From a virus (lineage: Duplodnaviria > Caudoviricetes), in IMG/VR virus record IMGVR_UViG_3300044297_000138, positions 110,536 through 174,535 of that record: a DNA stretch of 64,000 nucleotides, one strand, 5' to 3'. Of the stretch, positions 60,666-64,000 are shown one piece after another (position 1 is the stretch's first letter; each line of letters begins with the position of its first letter). The notes under the pieces were generated by a model, which saw only the letters and a program-made list of their open reading frames with translations, was not told the origin of the DNA and ran no database searches. A program made the translations under genes and the position numbers.

Positions 60666-60887
60666 ATGCCTACAAAAAATGAAATCCAAGAATTCAGCGA
60701 TACGATTCTAAAACTCGCCGAAGAATCTGGGGAAAGTATCATGGACACAATCGTTGGTTATTGTGAGAAATCTGGACTTGAGGTTGACATTGCATCAACA
60801 CTTATTTCTAGTTCTCTCAAGGCCAAGATTCGTGAAGAAGCTCAAGAATTAAATCTATTGAAGAAAACTGCCAAGTTACCTGTATGA
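60666..60887 (+). CDS. gp33: Late-promoter transcription accessory protein (gp33)
   Basis: F...I......MD.IV.YCE...E......I...LK.KI..EA..LN.L; position before gp59. Confidence 0.8.
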   Translation: MPTKNEIQEFSDTILKLAEESGESIMDTIVGYCEKSGLEVDIASTLISSSLKAKIREEAQELNLLKKTAKLPV

Positions 60888-61495
60888 CATTTGTGTTTCA
60901 AGAGCGTAATGGTTATTCCGCTTTTGCATTATATAATTCGTTGAAGCTTCACTTTAGTTCTCCATCGTATGATTACTTCAAGTATCATGGTAAGACGAAC
61001 ATAAGTGAAAGTTCATTTATGAAAAGAAAGGACAAATATTCTTTCTACAAATTGTCACGCAAATACAATCTTGAACAACTCAAAAACTTTTATATCTCCA
61101 ACATTCTGCAAACGGATATCAAATGGATCGGCGATATCATGGGACCAGAAGGTGAGGAAAACTATAAGAATTGGCAAAAAAGAAATGAAAGCTTGACATA
61201 CCGATTTGAACAAGATATAATCTTTCTTTTTGATTCATCTGGTAATTTCCTGCATGTGGACAATGGTTCCCATCCGTACCTATTGACAACCATGTTGCAA
61301 GGTGATATAATGATTGAAACGGTGGTCATTCTAAATGACCTGATGAGGTTCTTCCCTATGTGGGAAAAGAAGATAACTGATGATATCATCTGGCCCAACT
61401 GGAAATTAAAGATTGAAAAATATACACCGTTTTTATATTATGATAAACCTAAACTAAAAGGTATTTTGAAAGAGAACATACATGAAAGTGTCTAA
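60884..61495 (+). CDS. gp59: Helicase loader (gp59)
   Basis: Y..LKLHF...YD.FKY.GK...F.KRKDKY.F.KL. Confidence 0.85.
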   Translation: MTFVFQERNGYSAFALYNSLKLHFSSPSYDYFKYHGKTNISESSFMKRKDKYSFYKLSRKYNLEQLKNFYISNILQTDIKWIGDIMGPEGEENYKNWQKRNESLTYRFEQDIIFLFDSSGNFLHVDNGSHPYLLTTMLQGDIMIETVVILNDLMRFFPMWEKKITDDIIWPNWKLKIEKYTPFLYYDKPKLKGILKENIHESV

Positions 61496-61961
61496 AATCT
61501 ATGTTGATATGGACGGCGTTCTGTGTGACTTTGAAAAGCGTTACAAAGAATTGTATGGTGATATCAAAGATAGAGACCGTAGGTCAACATTCAGGCCAAA
61601 TTTCAGTAACTTCATTGAAACCGGCCAGTTTGCAACACTTGAACCAATGTCTGATTTTTTAACATTAAAAGAATTTTTGGATTCTATTGATGTTACAAAA
61701 GAAATTCTATCTTCAACCGCATATGAAGAAACATACGATACCATTTCAAATCAAAAAATGAATTGGTTGAATGAATATGGCGTTACTTGGAAACCAAACT
61801 TTGTGCCTGGTAAAAGACACAAATACAAGTATGCCACACCTGATGCATTAATCATTGATGATACACTAAGTGTTATTCAAGATTGGCATAAAGCCGGTGG
61901 TTTTGCCATCTGGCACAATAATGCATTGTCTACCATTACTCAGCTGAAAATGTATGTTTAA
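61482..61961 (+). CDS. HAD-family 5'(3')-deoxyribonucleotidase-like protein
   Basis: DMDGV.CDF, LIIDD, W..AGG. Confidence 0.8.
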   Translation: MKVSKIYVDMDGVLCDFEKRYKELYGDIKDRDRRSTFRPNFSNFIETGQFATLEPMSDFLTLKEFLDSIDVTKEILSSTAYEETYDTISNQKMNWLNEYGVTWKPNFVPGKRHKYKYATPDALIIDDTLSVIQDWHKAGGFAIWHNNALSTITQLKMYV

Positions 61962-62045
61962 CTTGGATAAATATACATATATGATGAATAATGTGGATAA
62001 TACGTTAATACTCCGTTTATATTCCGTTTATACGAAAGGAAAATT

Positions 62046-62924
62046 ATGAGCTCATTTGCATCTCTAAAAAAATCTTCAGGCAATCTGGAGAAACTCACTA
62101 AAGCCATCGAGCAACTCAACAGCTCCTCAGAAGGTGGTAAATCCGAAGATAAATTCTGGCGTCCAGAAGTAGACAAAGCTGGTAACGGCATGGCGACCAT
62201 CCGTTTCTTGCCTGCACCTCCGCAAGATGGTGATGACGGCCTACCCTGGGTCAAGGTCTTTTCTCATGGATTTCAAGGTCCTGGTGGTTGGTTGATTGAC
62301 AATTGTTTGACAACCAAGAACCAACAATGTCCAGTTTGTGAACACAACAACCGTTTGTGGAACTCTGGCATTGAGGCCAACAAAGAAATCGTGCGTAAAC
62401 AAAAACGCAAACTCAACTACATTGCCAACGTTTATATCGTCAGCGATCCAAAACATCCTGAGAACGAAGGACAAGTTAAATTGTTCAAGTTTGGTAAGAA
62501 AATCTTTGACAAGATTAACGAAGCAATGAATCCTGCTTTTGAAGATGAAACCGCAATCAATCCATTTGATTTGTGGAAAGGTGCCAACTTCAAACTGAAG
62601 ATTCGTAAAGTTGATGGTTACCAAAACTATGACAAGAGTGAATTTGAATCACCATCAGCATTGATGAATGATGATGAAGAACTTGAAAAGATTTGGAAAC
62701 AGGAACATTCATTGCAAGACTTGGTTTCTGATAAAGAATTCAAGGCATATGATGACCTAAAGGCTCGCTTAGACAAAGTGTTGGGTGCTACTGATGTGCC
62801 TAAGACTACTGTTGAACAAGCTAAGGCAAAAGCCTTTTCTGCACCTGCAAAGGTTGACCATGATATCACCGAAACCGATGACGATGACATGGCATATTTC
62901 AGCAAACTGGCTGAAGAAGATTAA
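62046..62924 (+). CDS. gp32: Single-stranded DNA-binding protein (gp32)
   Basis: IRFLP, HGFQ, CLTT...CPVC, NYDKSEF, acidic C-terminus. Confidence 0.95.
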   Translation: MSSFASLKKSSGNLEKLTKAIEQLNSSSEGGKSEDKFWRPEVDKAGNGMATIRFLPAPPQDGDDGLPWVKVFSHGFQGPGGWLIDNCLTTKNQQCPVCEHNNRLWNSGIEANKEIVRKQKRKLNYIANVYIVSDPKHPENEGQVKLFKFGKKIFDKINEAMNPAFEDETAINPFDLWKGANFKLKIRKVDGYQNYDKSEFESPSALMNDDEELEKIWKQEHSLQDLVSDKEFKAYDDLKARLDKVLGATDVPKTTVEQAKAKAFSAPAKVDHDITETDDDDMAYFSKLAEED

Positions 62925-62951
62925 ACTTTAATTTCCTAGTAAAGAAGTTTT

Positions 62952-62975
62952 ACCCCGCCTAGTGCGGGGTTTTTT
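62952..62975 (+). terminator. Rho-independent terminator between convergent genes
   Basis: ACCCCGC-5nt-GCGGGGT followed by a T-run. Confidence 0.85.
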
Positions 62976-62977
62976 CT

Positions 62978-64000
62978 TTATACGATGCGTGTTGAACCCA
63001 TAATCATTCGTAAGAATGTTGGTTCATCGTTATGTACCGCAATCTCCGACAATTTGGCCAATTCTTGTCTTTGATTGGTTTTATTTTTAACTAAGTTGTT
63101 GACCACATTTTGTGTCGCTGTTGTTGATTTGTTTGGTAAATTTGCCGAAATATTTTCGGACATTACTTTATTCAATCTATCATCAACAGTTGGTATACCG
63201 TGTGGTTTGACGCCTGTTGCTGCGCCTGTTGGTAAATCCACTCGTCTTGGGTCTGTTGCTGCAGCGTCAGCACGGCTTTGGTCCGTGGCTGGTTCCACAC
63301 CTTGTGGTAATGACTGTGCTGCCATTTTAACTTTTGGTGTACCATCAGGATTATGTGTTGCACCAAAGTTTTGATCCCAAAATTCAGCCGCAGCAGTTTT
63401 TGTTTTTTTAGAATTCTTTATATATTCATCTCTTGGTATCACAGGTCTTAATTGTGTTGCTGTTTGTTCTTTGACTTCTATATTAGCAATTTTTTCATAT
63501 TGAGTTCTTTCTTCTGGTGTCAACTCTGCCTGTTCAGCCAAAATTCTTTTTGCTTGTTCTTTACCACCAATTGCAATTTCCATTAACTTTTCACGACCAC
63601 CAAACTTTTCTATATCTTTTGGTGAACCATTTTCCAATACATTCTTTGCTTCCTCTGGTGTAAGCTTTGACATATCGGTAACAGTTTCAACATATTTTTT
63701 AAGAAGATATGCAAGACCTAAAATAGAACCGACCATCAAAACAGCTGGGTTTGTTAGAACAGCAAAAATTGGACTTGCCAAAAATCTCAATAAAGAAAAA
63801 AAGTTTTTAGCAGCACCAAGTGATTTCAAATCTTTTAACCATTCAAAACCATCCAAAATTTTATGAACAAGGCCCTCAATCATATCTTTTAAACCACCAA
63901 ACAAACCATTTTCTTTTTCTTTTTTTGTTATAGTGGCTGTTGGTGCACCCGTTAATTTAGAAATGGCAACAACCAATTCTTTGTGGCGTCTTTCAGATTC
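62978..64000 (-). CDS. 5'-truncated hypothetical protein, possibly baseplate-hub/tape-measure related
   Basis: Frame is open to the window end; central hydrophobic helix; convergent with gp32. Confidence 0.4.
   Translation of the reverse strand, partial: ESERRHKELVVAISKLTGAPTATITKKEKENGLFGGLKDMIEGLVHKILDGFEWLKDLKSLGAAKNFFSLLRFLASPIFAVLTNPAVLMVGSILGLAYLLKKYVETVTDMSKLTPEEAKNVLENGSPKDIEKFGGREKLMEIAIGGKEQAKRILAEQAELTPEERTQYEKIANIEVKEQTATQLRPVIPRDEYIKNSKKTKTAAAEFWDQNFGATHNPDGTPKVKMAAQSLPQGVEPATDQSRADAAATDPRRVDLPTGAATGVKPHGIPTVDDRLNKVMSENISANLPNKSTTATQNVVNNLVKNKTNQRQELAKLSEIAVHNDEPTFLRMIMGSTRIV

Overview
This is a 64-kb segment of a large lytic T4-like (Tevenvirinae/Kyanoviridae-like) myophage genome. 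The host is probably a Gram-negative proteobacterium and possibly a betaproteobacterium (inferred from the two-piece tmRNA and tag ANDEKFALAA, the spanins, the outer-membrane barrel and the DesA-type desaturase). From left to right: (i) 0.8-9.1 kb, a late-transcribed block of probable internal-head proteins, several starting with a T4-type capsid-targeting sequence. It includes a ligase-fold nucleotidyltransferase, a PD-(D/E)xK-like protein, and a NadD/cytidylyltransferase-P-loop kinase fusion that hides a nested +1-frame gene. (ii) 9.1-11.9 kb, a lysis cassette (spanins, GH19 endolysin, membrane proteins). (iii) 12-20.5 kb, DNA and nucleotide metabolism (primase, thyX, nrdA/nrdB, thioredoxin, desaturase, RNase H). 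(iv) 20.7-50 kb, an early region of mostly small hypothetical genes under sigma70-type promoters. It contains a GC-richer reverse-strand block, a divergent promoter switch point with four clustered DnaA boxes, a recurring 14-bp palindromic operator just upstream of -35 that is often paired at 29-bp spacing, a putative R-M pair, a CobS/vWA pair and sugar-nucleotide enzymes. (v) 50-59 kb, phoH, an exonuclease, two fibre/adhesin-like genes and five consecutive cupin/2OG-Fe(II) genes. (vi) 59-64 kb, a circularly permuted tmRNA, an OM beta-barrel, a SleB hydrolase, gp33, gp59 and gp32. I found no CRISPR array, tRNA, integrase or reverse transcriptase. All calls come from motif recognition by eye; no searches were run.
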